In this document: positions 7,858-15,088 of the stretch, one piece after another | Layout of the letters: each line of letters opens with the position of its first letter | How positions within the stretch are numbered: the first letter of the stretch is position 1 | IMG/VR virus record: IMGVR_UViG_3300032038_000017 | Source of the DNA: an uncultured virus (IMG/VR IMGVR_UViG_3300032038_000017) | Taxonomy: Duplodnaviria; Heunggongvirae; Uroviricota; Caudoviricetes | Direction: 5' to 3' (one strand) | DNA length: 20,000 nt | Notes under the pieces: model-generated | What the model was told of the DNA's origin: nothing | Seen by the model: only the letters and a program-made list of their open reading frames with translations | Database searches by the model: none | Translations under genes and position numbers: made by a program

Positions 7858-8484
7858 TTACTTGTAAAGTTCGTCCTCTTTGTAAAGGAAGTCTACAGAC
7901 AAATCCTTGTCAAGAATCGCACGAATCTTGTTCAAGTCTTTTTCGGGGATTGCACGATACAACCAACCGTGTCCGTATTTGTAAGGCTTTCCGTCTACTT
8001 CAACTTCATACAGTCCGTGTCTTTTCAAAAGTTCACAATCAACAGAATAACTGTTCCAAGCAGAACCGTGCCAATTCTGCCATTCCTTGAAATAGTTATC
8101 ACTGTAACCAATTTCGGCTTTGGCTTTTTCCCAAGCAGACTTGCGAAGTTCCTCACGGATTGTGTCTTTCTCGCTTGCAAAGTCTTTAAGACAGTTTTCT
8201 TGTTCAACAGTTCCGGCGTTCATGTCGTTCAAGTGATACTTGCCCCACAAGTCTGCAATCAGATTGTAAAGACGGTCGTTCTTGAAGTATCTTTTGATAC
8301 TGTCGATACACTGACCACCAGCAACACAATCCGTATGGCGAGAGTTCCAAACAAAACCACAAACACTGAATGTTGGTTTGTCTGTATCTGCATTACGAAG
8401 TTCAATGTCCAATCTTACGGCATTGATTTTTCTGTTGCCATTGTAGGCAATCTTGCCAAAGTCAATCTTTCGTTTCAAATCCAT
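7858..8484 (-). CDS. Conserved phage hypothetical protein (208 aa; GQCID, W..YHLNDM.AG, YKYGHGWL motifs)
   Basis: ORF, RBS, promoter copy 15; paralog of 5017-5397. Confidence 0.85.
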   Translation of the reverse strand: MDLKRKIDFGKIAYNGNRKINAVRLDIELRNADTDKPTFSVCGFVWNSRHTDCVAGGQCIDSIKRYFKNDRLYNLIADLWGKYHLNDMNAGTVEQENCLKDFASEKDTIREELRKSAWEKAKAEIGYSDNYFKEWQNWHGSAWNSYSVDCELLKRHGLYEVEVDGKPYKYGHGWLYRAIPEKDLNKIRAILDKDLSVDFLYKEDELYK

Positions 8485-8510
8485 AGTAGTTATCTCCTTA
8501 TGGCAAGTTT

Positions 8511-8538
8511 ATTATAACCTTGCCAAATGCTTACCCTG
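8511..8538 (-). promoter_or_regulatory. Early promoter copy 15
   Basis: Motif match; upstream stop abuts at 8539-8541; tggcaag/cttgcca IR flanks the -10. Confidence 0.85.
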
Positions 8539-8979
8539 TTAAACTTTCCAACCTTTTATGTCATCAAGATTGATTTTATACATACTTGCAAGTGTAGCAA
8601 CATAAAAAGCCGTAAGCCGTACAAATACATAATCCGTAGCACTGCAAGCCACTGACCATTCACCGTCTTTGAACAAATAAAAGTATCCAATGTCCCAACC
8701 TTCTTTCAAGATTTTGTCAAGTTTCTTAGCCTTGTGGACTACTTCTTTTTGGTCGTCATACGGCTTGTCATCGTCAAATGTAGAACGGTCACCGATAGCA
8801 ACAAGTTCACGAGCATTTCTGTCGTTGTATTCTTCTGCATAGTTTGGGTTTGTAGAATAACATTCTTCAAGGATTCTTGCACCTACCCCGTTTGGTCGAA
8901 CATAGCCGTCATTATGAATGTAACTGTAAGTGTAAGTTCCGTCTTTCTCTGCGTAGATAACATAGCATCTTGTACTCAT
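8539..8979 (-). CDS. Conserved phage hypothetical protein (MSTR...Y-I-H-N-D-G-Y...G-V-G...Y-F-Y-L-F-K-D-G-E-W)
   Basis: ORF, RBS, promoter copy 16; motif widespread in phage early regions (recalled). Confidence 0.85.
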   Translation of the reverse strand: MSTRCYVIYAEKDGTYTYSYIHNDGYVRPNGVGARILEECYSTNPNYAEEYNDRNARELVAIGDRSTFDDDKPYDDQKEVVHKAKKLDKILKEGWDIGYFYLFKDGEWSVACSATDYVFVRLTAFYVATLASMYKINLDDIKGWKV

Positions 8980-9005
8980 AGTTTAATCTCCTTATGCTCC
9001 TATAA

Positions 9006-9033
9006 ATTATAACCTTTATGTTATACTACCCTG
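9006..9033 (-). promoter_or_regulatory. Early promoter copy 16
   Basis: Motif match. Confidence 0.85.
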
Positions 9034-9056
9034 TAAGGATTATAACTTATAGGTTA

Positions 9057-9098
9057 TAAAAAAATCGGCAACACTATTAAAGAATTGCCGATAAAAAA
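9057..9098 (-). terminator. Intrinsic terminator
   Basis: atcggcaa/ttgccgat stem, U-tract on minus strand. Confidence 0.75.
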
Positions 9099-9449
9099 TT
9101 AAAAATTATTGTTGTTTTTCAAGGCTTCAACTGTCTTGTTAAAGACATCCAATGCCTTGTCAAAAGCGTCAGAAGGGAAGAACAAGTCGTGTCCTACACC
9201 TGCCGCGTTCATAATGGAAACAAGAAAGCCTTCCCTTGTTGAGACCATTACATCTATCGGCAACTGAACAATTGCGTTTTCTTCTGTTGCCGTCAGAACA
9301 ACTGAATTGTAGATGTCACCATCAATCTGTTTCTTTTGGGGTGTATCACACCAAGAAAAAAGTGGACAAATAACACTAAGTCCTTCTACCTCACCCAGTT
9401 CTTTCCACTGTTTGCTTTCTTTTGCCGTAAAACTTCTAAGTTCTTTCAT
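9099..9449 (-). CDS. Hypothetical early protein (116 aa, MKELRSF...)
   Basis: Start reassigned to 9449 (TAAGGAGAAACCAAACT-ATG; promoter copy 17 lies in the longer ORF call). Confidence 0.8.
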   Translation of the reverse strand: MKELRSFTAKESKQWKELGEVEGLSVICPLFSWCDTPQKKQIDGDIYNSVVLTATEENAIVQLPIDVMVSTREGFLVSIMNAAGVGHDLFFPSDAFDKALDVFNKTVEALKNNNNF

Positions 9450-9476
9450 AGTTTGGTTTCTCCTTATGTCTGTTGT

Positions 9477-9504
9477 ATTATAACCTATCAAGGTATCTAC
9501 CCTG
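9477..9504 (-). promoter_or_regulatory. Early promoter copy 17 with embedded hairpin 9484-9509
   Basis: cctatca/tgatagg. Confidence 0.85.
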
Positions 9505-9521
9505 ATAGGCTTTTCAGTATT

Positions 9522-10067
9522 TTAGCAACCGTAAACTTTCTTTGCGTAATGCAGATTTACACTGTAACCCTTGCTCCACAACTTTTCGTGTAATGTCTGT
9601 GGGTCATCGTATTCGTGTCTGTCAAAATATTCAACACCACGCTTTGTAAGTTTCTTTACTTCCCAACAGTTTGTTCCATCGTGGTGATAGCCGTGAATGT
9701 TGAATACACCTTTATCATCAAAGATTTTCATAGCGTCAACATTGCCCCAAGCCTTAGACAAGTCATTGTAATTCTTTACAACAAAACCACCACGATGCCG
9801 CCCATCCCAAAGTCCAGCAGAACCAACCAAGATAAAAATGCTACCGTCATTGAAGAAATTTTTAAGGTTTGACGCTTCTTCTTCCCAAGCAATTTCGTTA
9901 CAGTCATAGATTTCTTGACTGATTTCTTCGTTAGAAGGCTCCCAATCTTTATCTTCCGGAAAGTCTTCCAAGTGTCGGTCAATACAATACTGCCTTGCAT
10001 CATCCCAATCGTAGCCGTCATAATTATCAAAAATTACAACTTCCGTTTTCTTCTGTTTGTTACTCAT
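9522..10067 (-). CDS. Conserved phage hypothetical protein (181 aa; GLWDGR..G and HHDGTN motifs)
   Basis: ORF, RBS, promoter copy 18. Confidence 0.85.
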   Translation of the reverse strand: MSNKQKKTEVVIFDNYDGYDWDDARQYCIDRHLEDFPEDKDWEPSNEEISQEIYDCNEIAWEEEASNLKNFFNDGSIFILVGSAGLWDGRHRGGFVVKNYNDLSKAWGNVDAMKIFDDKGVFNIHGYHHDGTNCWEVKKLTKRGVEYFDRHEYDDPQTLHEKLWSKGYSVNLHYAKKVYGC

Positions 10068-10094
10068 AGTAGTTTATCTCCTTATGCTTTACAG

Positions 10095-10122
10095 ATTATA
10101 ACCCTAAGGTATGTCTACCCTG
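10095..10122 (-). promoter_or_regulatory. Early promoter copy 18
   Basis: Motif match. Confidence 0.85.
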
Positions 10123-10130
10123 TATAAATT

Positions 10131-10156
10131 AAAAACGGACAGATTTCTCTGTCCGT
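10131..10156 (-). terminator. Intrinsic terminator
   Basis: acggacaga/tctgtccgt stem with U-tract. Confidence 0.8.
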
Positions 10157-10163
10157 ATAACTT

Positions 10164-10568
10164 TTAGTCTTCTTCGTTTTCTGTTTCAAGATGACCAAAA
10201 CTGAATACCAAAATCTGATTTGGTTCAATTCCAACTTCTTTACCGTCGTAGTCAATGATTTTCTTTGTTTCGGAACAAAGGTTCTTTACATAGACATAAT
10301 CGCTGAAATACTTGTCAAAGTATGTTTCGTGGCGGAAGTCAACCGATTCTTCGATGAAGTACGGTTTATTGAACTCGCCTTCGTATTCAAAGTTATTGGC
10401 ATTGAACTCTTCCACTTCACGAACAAGGTCGTCTTTATTGTTGACTCTTCCGAGTCTTTCAATAACTTCTGGTCCGTGTCCGTTCTTTGTGTTGTACATG
10501 TCACCATTGAACTCGTATGAGGTGAACATACCCTCATCTGTGATAATCGCAAACTTTCCTCTTGTCAT
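10164..10568 (-). CDS. Hypothetical early protein (134 aa, acidic)
   Basis: ORF, TAAGGAG RBS, promoter copy 19. Confidence 0.85.
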   Translation of the reverse strand: MTRGKFAIITDEGMFTSYEFNGDMYNTKNGHGPEVIERLGRVNNKDDLVREVEEFNANNFEYEGEFNKPYFIEESVDFRHETYFDKYFSDYVYVKNLCSETKKIIDYDGKEVGIEPNQILVFSFGHLETENEED

Positions 10569-10590
10569 AGCAACTCCTTATGGTATCTGT

Positions 10591-10618
10591 ATTATAACCA
10601 TACAAGGCATTTACCCCG
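10591..10618 (-). promoter_or_regulatory. Early promoter copy 19 with embedded hairpin 10596-10625
   Basis: aaccatac/gtatggtt. Confidence 0.85.
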
Positions 10619-10633
10619 TATGGTTTTACATGC

Positions 10634-10900
10634 TTACGCAACAAGTTCCACTCTTGCGAACGGCAGATTTGTTCCTAAATCCCAAAACTCGAAATAGTCT
10701 GGTGAGCAAGAATGGTCTACATCGATGTTATCAAGGTATTCTTTATTCAAGAAACCTTTGTCGGCACAAGCCTTCATAATGTCATCAATAGACGCATCTT
10801 CGCCTACTTCGATTGGCTTTTCTGAAAACTTCATAATGTTGTTTACTTCATAATCGTTTTCATCGCCCCAAACATCATAGGTATAAAAGATATATTTCAT
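10634..10900 (-). CDS. Hypothetical early protein (88 aa, acidic; YDVWG...YEVNN motif)
   Basis: ORF, RBS, promoter copy 20. Confidence 0.85.
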   Translation of the reverse strand: MKYIFYTYDVWGDENDYEVNNIMKFSEKPIEVGEDASIDDIMKACADKGFLNKEYLDNIDVDHSCSPDYFEFWDLGTNLPFARVELVA

Positions 10901-10927
10901 AGATTTAATCTCCTTATAGTTCTTTTT

Positions 10928-10954
10928 ATTATAACCATAGTTTGTGTTACCCTG
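10928..10954 (-). promoter_or_regulatory. Early promoter copy 20 (14-bp spacer), first of the leftward array
   Basis: CAGGGTA-N14-TATAAT. Confidence 0.8.
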
Positions 10955-11062
10955 ATAAGCCGTTCGGCTTTATCTTCTGTATAATAGAAGGAATTTGTTC
11001 GTTCGGCTATGAAAAAATTATCTATAATAGAAAGAAAAAATCCGATAAAAAATAAAAATAAT

Positions 11063-11089
11063 CGGGGTAAAAAAATCTTGAATTATAAT
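11063..11089 (+). promoter_or_regulatory. Early promoter, rightward (CGGGGTA-N14-TATAAT)
   Basis: Same motif on the + strand, followed by AAGGAGTAAACT-ATG. Confidence 0.8.
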
Positions 11090-11110
11090 ATACTTTGCAA
11101 GGAGTAAACT

Positions 11111-11554
11111 ATGGAAATTAAAGACGAAGAACTCTTGAAAAAAATCGTAAGAAGATTCTCAGAAACATTCCATGTCGGTCAGTGTGGCGAACCTACGATG
11201 CCGACAGAAGATAAGGTTGTTCTCACATTTGGTTTCATTGGAGACGAAATGTCAGACTATAAAATTTACCTTGCTATTTATGACAATGGCTTTACCGTAA
11301 GTGTCCGTTACGAAAACGAAGCCCGAAAAAAATTCCACGAAAATTATGTTTCTAAAGCATACTATTCAGACATTAAATCCTCCGAAGACTTTTGCAAGAA
11401 AATAGCCGCCGCTATCTTTGTAGAAATTCACACATTCTGCGACGGCGACATTATCCCTCACTTGGTAGATTGGATTCATGTTGCCGGACTTGGAGCAGGC
11501 TCTGACCCTATCAAAGTAATGAAAGAATACTCTGAAAAAAATCTCAACGCATAA
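11111..11554 (+). CDS. Hypothetical protein (147 aa)
   Basis: ORF with AAGGAG RBS and promoter. Confidence 0.85.
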   Translation: MEIKDEELLKKIVRRFSETFHVGQCGEPTMPTEDKVVLTFGFIGDEMSDYKIYLAIYDNGFTVSVRYENEARKKFHENYVSKAYYSDIKSSEDFCKKIAAAIFVEIHTFCDGDIIPHLVDWIHVAGLGAGSDPIKVMKEYSEKNLNA

Positions 11555-11563
11555 GGAAAAAAC

Positions 11564-11788
11564 ATGACTGTTTATCAGCTTTATCTGAAAGGGAAATCGG
11601 CAGTCTTTGAAGAGCCATTCAAGGCAGCTTGTCAGACCGTCACAAAACATTATCCTACGGAAGAAGAAAAGCAGGACTTTATCAAGTCTTGCCAAGATAA
11701 GTCATACTTAAACTTTCTCGATGTGTCTACAGAAAAGGCTCGTGAACTCCTGGAAGTAAAAGTTCTGGAGCTAACGCTTAAAGACTAG
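11564..11788 (+). CDS. Hypothetical protein (74 aa)
   Basis: ORF with TAAGGA RBS overlapping upstream stop. Confidence 0.8.
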   Translation: MTVYQLYLKGKSAVFEEPFKAACQTVTKHYPTEEEKQDFIKSCQDKSYLNFLDVSTEKARELLEVKVLELTLKD

Positions 11789-11823
11789 AAAAAAAATATA
11801 ACTCTGCAAGAAAAAAAATCTTG

Positions 11824-11850
11824 CAGGGTAAGAAATAATAAGGTTATAAT
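11824..11850 (+). promoter_or_regulatory. Early promoter, rightward (CAGGGTA-N14-TATAAT), overlapped by hairpin 11804-11826
   Basis: Motif match; ctgcaaga/tcttgcag IR. Confidence 0.8.
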
Positions 11851-11873
11851 ATTTTTTTTGACGAGGTAAAACT

Positions 11874-12953
11874 ATGAAGAAAAAAATTCTATTTTTACTT
11901 ACATTTTTATTCGTTCTCATTAGCAATACATTTGCCTATCAGATTGTCCTTGAACGCCGTGTAGACAACAAGGTTTGTCGTTACGCCGACAAGAAATGGT
12001 TTGAGGAACACGGAACTGTCAAAATCTATTGTAACGAATTTGCCAGTGCCAATGGTAAGGAAAAGTTCGGCTGGGCTTTTGGTATTGACTCTGACCTTAT
12101 TAATAATGCCTCAACAACAGAAGGGTATAAGCAGATTGGACTTCGTGGAGAAGACGACTGTCCACTTATGTATTACATAAAAGACGGCAGATTCTACATC
12201 GGTTGGGTATGGACTAACGGATATGATTCTGAGGTGACTATGGTTCATACATTTTACGACTTCGATGAAAAAAATGGCTACGATTTGTATTTTTTGTATG
12301 CCTATGCTTGTGCCGTAAATCATTTGCTTACATACGGTAATAACATCACATTCCACGAAAAAAAAGATTCAAATGGTCGAAATTTCTTCTGGTCTTCTGA
12401 AAATGAACTTAAACCAGACATGTCTTTCAGTACCAAAAGCTTTCCAGAATACGTAAACCATTCAAACTTTCGCCTTGAAAACGGATGTATCGACGGTGAT
12501 AGGGTTTGGCTTGACGGTGAATGGCGAAACATTGTAGGTAGAAAGTATACGGATAAAACTGGTTTGGTTTGGATAGCTTTCTATGATTCCATAGGGTATC
12601 ACGTCCAGAACACCAGCGATAAAAACCTTTATAGATGGTTTGAACCAATGGTTACTTTCCAGACTTATCGAACCGTAAAAATGGTTCTGATAAAGACCGT
12701 TGATACTAATAGCAGTGTAGACGCTGGCAAAAGAATTGCAGATAATCTGATAAAAAACGGATTATGGAAAGCAAAGAAACCAATGTACCCTGGCGACGGA
12801 TGTTCATTAGGTGAAAAAGGTCCAATGGAAGGTGTAATTACTTGTTGGTATGAACCGTTCGTATATCAAGGCTATGATTATAACGGATTGGGCGATTCCC
12901 CTAATAAGAGCCAGCTTATTGATTACGCCAAAGTTACTGTAAAAAGAAATTAA
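11874..12953 (+). CDS. Putative secreted/periplasmic protein (359 aa)
   Basis: N-terminus MKKKILFLLTFLFVLISNTFA is a classic Sec signal peptide; GAGG RBS. Confidence 0.8.
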   Translation: MKKKILFLLTFLFVLISNTFAYQIVLERRVDNKVCRYADKKWFEEHGTVKIYCNEFASANGKEKFGWAFGIDSDLINNASTTEGYKQIGLRGEDDCPLMYYIKDGRFYIGWVWTNGYDSEVTMVHTFYDFDEKNGYDLYFLYAYACAVNHLLTYGNNITFHEKKDSNGRNFFWSSENELKPDMSFSTKSFPEYVNHSNFRLENGCIDGDRVWLDGEWRNIVGRKYTDKTGLVWIAFYDSIGYHVQNTSDKNLYRWFEPMVTFQTYRTVKMVLIKTVDTNSSVDAGKRIADNLIKNGLWKAKKPMYPGDGCSLGEKGPMEGVITCWYEPFVYQGYDYNGLGDSPNKSQLIDYAKVTVKRN

Positions 12954-12971
12954 GAAGACATTTAAAAATAA

Positions 12972-13009
12972 AATTACCCCAAAAGCTTATAAAAGCCTTG
13001 GGGTATTTT
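12972..13009. terminator. Probably bidirectional terminator between convergent early (+) and late (-) units
   Basis: taccccaa/ttggggta stem with A-tract before and T-tract after. Confidence 0.7.
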
Positions 13010-13050
13010 CGTTTTAAATTTTTCGTTTTTCGTTTCGTTTTTCGTTTTTT
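13006..13050. repeat. Short degenerate tandem repeat (T3-5CG) x5
   Basis: ttttcg...tttttcg tttttcg tttcg tttttcg read directly. Confidence 0.7.
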
Positions 13051-13065
13051 AAAAAACGAGAATTT

Positions 13066-14331
13066 TTAGGTGGTAGGTTCTTCGTCGTTATGTAAATCAG
13101 TCAATTCTGGTTCGTCTTGTGTATCCTTATCGGGATTTTCTTTCTTGAAAAGACTCTTTTTATTGTAATTACCTTTCGAATGGTACTTTTCTTTCTTATC
13201 AGAATCTTTATCCTTACTCTTACCTACTCTCTTTTCCTGACTACCTAATGGGCTTCCTGCATTAGAAAGTACTTTACCTGCTCGGCGACCCCACAAAGCA
13301 AGTTTAGATAAGTACTGGGCATAGTAGCTTCCACCGGGAATAAATGCACCTAAGCCATATGTAAATGCACCGAATGCCAAAGAAGCAGCAGATAACGAAC
13401 CACCTGCACCGATAAGCAGTGAATTTCTACGTGCGTCTAATGTCTTGATAAACTTCTGGTTATCTTTCAAGAACTTCTTGTAGTTCTTTTCCAATTCAGT
13501 AAACTCTTTAATAGCGTCTTTGAATGTTTCCTGTACGTCTTCAGGTTTTATTTTTGAAACACTTGTTGCATTAATGTCTGTTTCGATAGACATAACTAAA
13601 CTAAGCCAAGTCAATGCGTCCAGTTCTGTACTATAAATAAAATCTGGGTTTTCACCGGCTACGAATGTTTCGTCCATCCATTCCAGTCCTGGGTCTATCT
13701 TCTTAAAGAAATCTTTTGCCGAAGCATTTCCGTCAAGGAAAGACTTATACTCTGCTTCTGCTTTCTCAAAAAGCTCTTCGTCGAGAACCTTTCCGGTCTT
13801 TTCGTTTGAAACTGCTTTACGTTTTTTCAAATAAAAATTTTTAAAAGCTTCCTTAATCTTTTGTTTACTTTCGGCAGACGCTTTTTGGGCTTTTAATAAT
13901 GCCTTTGAGTATTCTTCAACATAATATACTCTTAAATTGCCGGTTACACCAAAAGAGTTCAAGATAAGACCTAGCATAGGTTCTTTTTCTTCTTTTGCAC
14001 CACAAGCCCTAACAATTTTGATAACGTTTTCTTTATTTTTCAAGCTTTCCCTATTAGCTATTGCCTGTGCTTCTGGTTCAGCTACGCCGTTTTCTACAAG
14101 TGAATCTTTCCATACAACAAGAATTTCTGCAAGTTCTGTGTCATTATCATTAAGAGACAATGGTTTTTTAACGATACCGTCCATGTCTAAACCGTTCTTA
14201 AATCTAACGGTCTTGATAGCGTCAATTAAAAGACCAAATACAGTATTTTCCTGGTCTTCTGTATATATTTTTTTTGTTTCGTCTTCTATAAGCTTTGAGA
14301 GGTTCTCGCGGTAAATGTTTGCAAAGTTCAT
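13066..14331 (-). CDS. Probable virion/internal head (ejection-type) protein, 421 aa, with Gly/Ala-rich hydrophobic segment and charged tail
   Basis: In head module; N-terminal x-x-E sites (YRE, LIE, YTE); LLIGAGGSLSAASLAFGAFTYGLGAFIPGG segment. Confidence 0.55.
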   Translation of the reverse strand: MNFANIYRENLSKLIEDETKKIYTEDQENTVFGLLIDAIKTVRFKNGLDMDGIVKKPLSLNDNDTELAEILVVWKDSLVENGVAEPEAQAIANRESLKNKENVIKIVRACGAKEEKEPMLGLILNSFGVTGNLRVYYVEEYSKALLKAQKASAESKQKIKEAFKNFYLKKRKAVSNEKTGKVLDEELFEKAEAEYKSFLDGNASAKDFFKKIDPGLEWMDETFVAGENPDFIYSTELDALTWLSLVMSIETDINATSVSKIKPEDVQETFKDAIKEFTELEKNYKKFLKDNQKFIKTLDARRNSLLIGAGGSLSAASLAFGAFTYGLGAFIPGGSYYAQYLSKLALWGRRAGKVLSNAGSPLGSQEKRVGKSKDKDSDKKEKYHSKGNYNKKSLFKKENPDKDTQDEPELTDLHNDEEPTT

Positions 14332-14648
14332 TATTCTGCTTCCCCCTTAGTTTCTTGATTTGTATTTAAGTCTTCTACCGGAGCTTGTGGGTCTTGATGG
14401 ACTGCCTTACGTATTTCCGGGCTATTAATTTTTTTCAAAACATTTTTTGCAGAATTAATGAATCCGTTAAGCTCACCAATTTCGTTCCTATTCTTGTAAC
14501 GGTCTTCTATTGTTTCATTAAACTCAGAAACCTGTGAAATAAACTTGTTCAATTTTTCATTAAGCTCTTTCCAGTTTTCTTCGTTGAGTTTACCGTCTTC
14601 AAGTTTTTCTTGAAGCTTATTTAAGAAAAATACTTCTTCGAAATCCAT
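14331..14648 (-). CDS. Probable prohead core/internal protein (105 aa, MDFEEV...)
   Basis: Start reassigned to 14648 (GGAG RBS, 4 bp after upstream stop); stop overlaps next start (TAATG). Confidence 0.65.
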   Translation of the reverse strand: MDFEEVFFLNKLQEKLEDGKLNEENWKELNEKLNKFISQVSEFNETIEDRYKNRNEIGELNGFINSAKNVLKKINSPEIRKAVHQDPQAPVEDLNTNQETKGEAE

Positions 14649-14652
14649 AAAA

Positions 14653-15021
14653 TTACTCCGCCTTAGCTTCTTGTTCCTGGTTAACTGGTGTTTCGTCCAA
14701 CTGGATGTTAACATCAATGTTCATCACTTTCTGCTTCAATGTTACAAGAGCCTGGGTGTCTTTCTGTCGCTGTTCTGGCGTAACATTTGGAGCTTTTGCA
14801 GTGCCCACTGCCTTAATCATACCGTCAAGCTGCTTGATAATGTCGGCTTTCTGTTTCTGCAATTTTTTAAGGTTATTGGCGGGTGAGCCAAACTTAGCCA
14901 GAATGCTTTGGATAATGCCAGCTTCTTCAAGCTTTTGAACGTATATGTCTTGCTGAGATTCTGTCATCTTAGCCAAGTGATTATTTATTTTTTCAATCTG
15001 TTTTTCTGTTATCTCTTTCAT
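14653..15021 (-). CDS. Probable prohead core/internal protein (122 aa, coiled coil)
   Basis: ORF in head module; ITE, MTES, LEEA sites. Confidence 0.65.
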   Translation of the reverse strand: MKEITEKQIEKINNHLAKMTESQQDIYVQKLEEAGIIQSILAKFGSPANNLKKLQKQKADIIKQLDGMIKAVGTAKAPNVTPEQRQKDTQALVTLKQKVMNIDVNIQLDETPVNQEQEAKAE

Positions 15022-15023
15022 AG

Positions 15024-15032
15024 TTAATTAGT
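15024..15032 (-). promoter_or_regulatory. Candidate late promoter ACTAATTAA
   Basis: Same motif recurs at 15958, 18613, 18670 (+) and 19751; lies just downstream of a terminator. Confidence 0.5.
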
Positions 15033-15039
15033 AAAAAAT

Positions 15040-15069
15040 AAAAAAAGCCTACGCATTACACGCAGGCTT
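15040..15069 (-). terminator. Intrinsic terminator after 15089-15898
   Basis: aagcctgcg...cgtaggctttttt on minus strand. Confidence 0.8.
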
Positions 15070-15088
15070 CTCACAAGGAAATAAAGGC

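Larger units (their letters stand above)
119..10954 (-). repeat. Dispersed repeat family: 20 copies of a promoter+RBS module (+ strand: CAT-agt-ttatCTCCTTA-N10-12-ATTATAAC-N13-TACCC(T/C)G) heading almost every gene of the array
   Basis: Read directly; ATTATA-to-TACCC spacing is exactly 15 bp in 19 of 20 copies (14 bp at 10928-10954). Confidence 0.95.

Noticed and set aside
220..10779. Numerous + strand and alternate-frame ORFs overlapping array genes
   Set aside because: Antisense or shadow frames of RBS- and promoter-supported minus-strand genes
119..10954. CRISPR array interpretation of the repeats
   Set aside because: Repeats are degenerate, spaced hundreds of bp to 1 kb apart by full ORFs, and have promoter/RBS anatomy; no cas genes visible
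119..10954. Classical integron with attC sites
   Set aside because: No RYYYAAC/GTTRRRY-bounded sites in a consistent position, no integrase in the window, and each gene has its own promoter; only a loose structural analogy is kept
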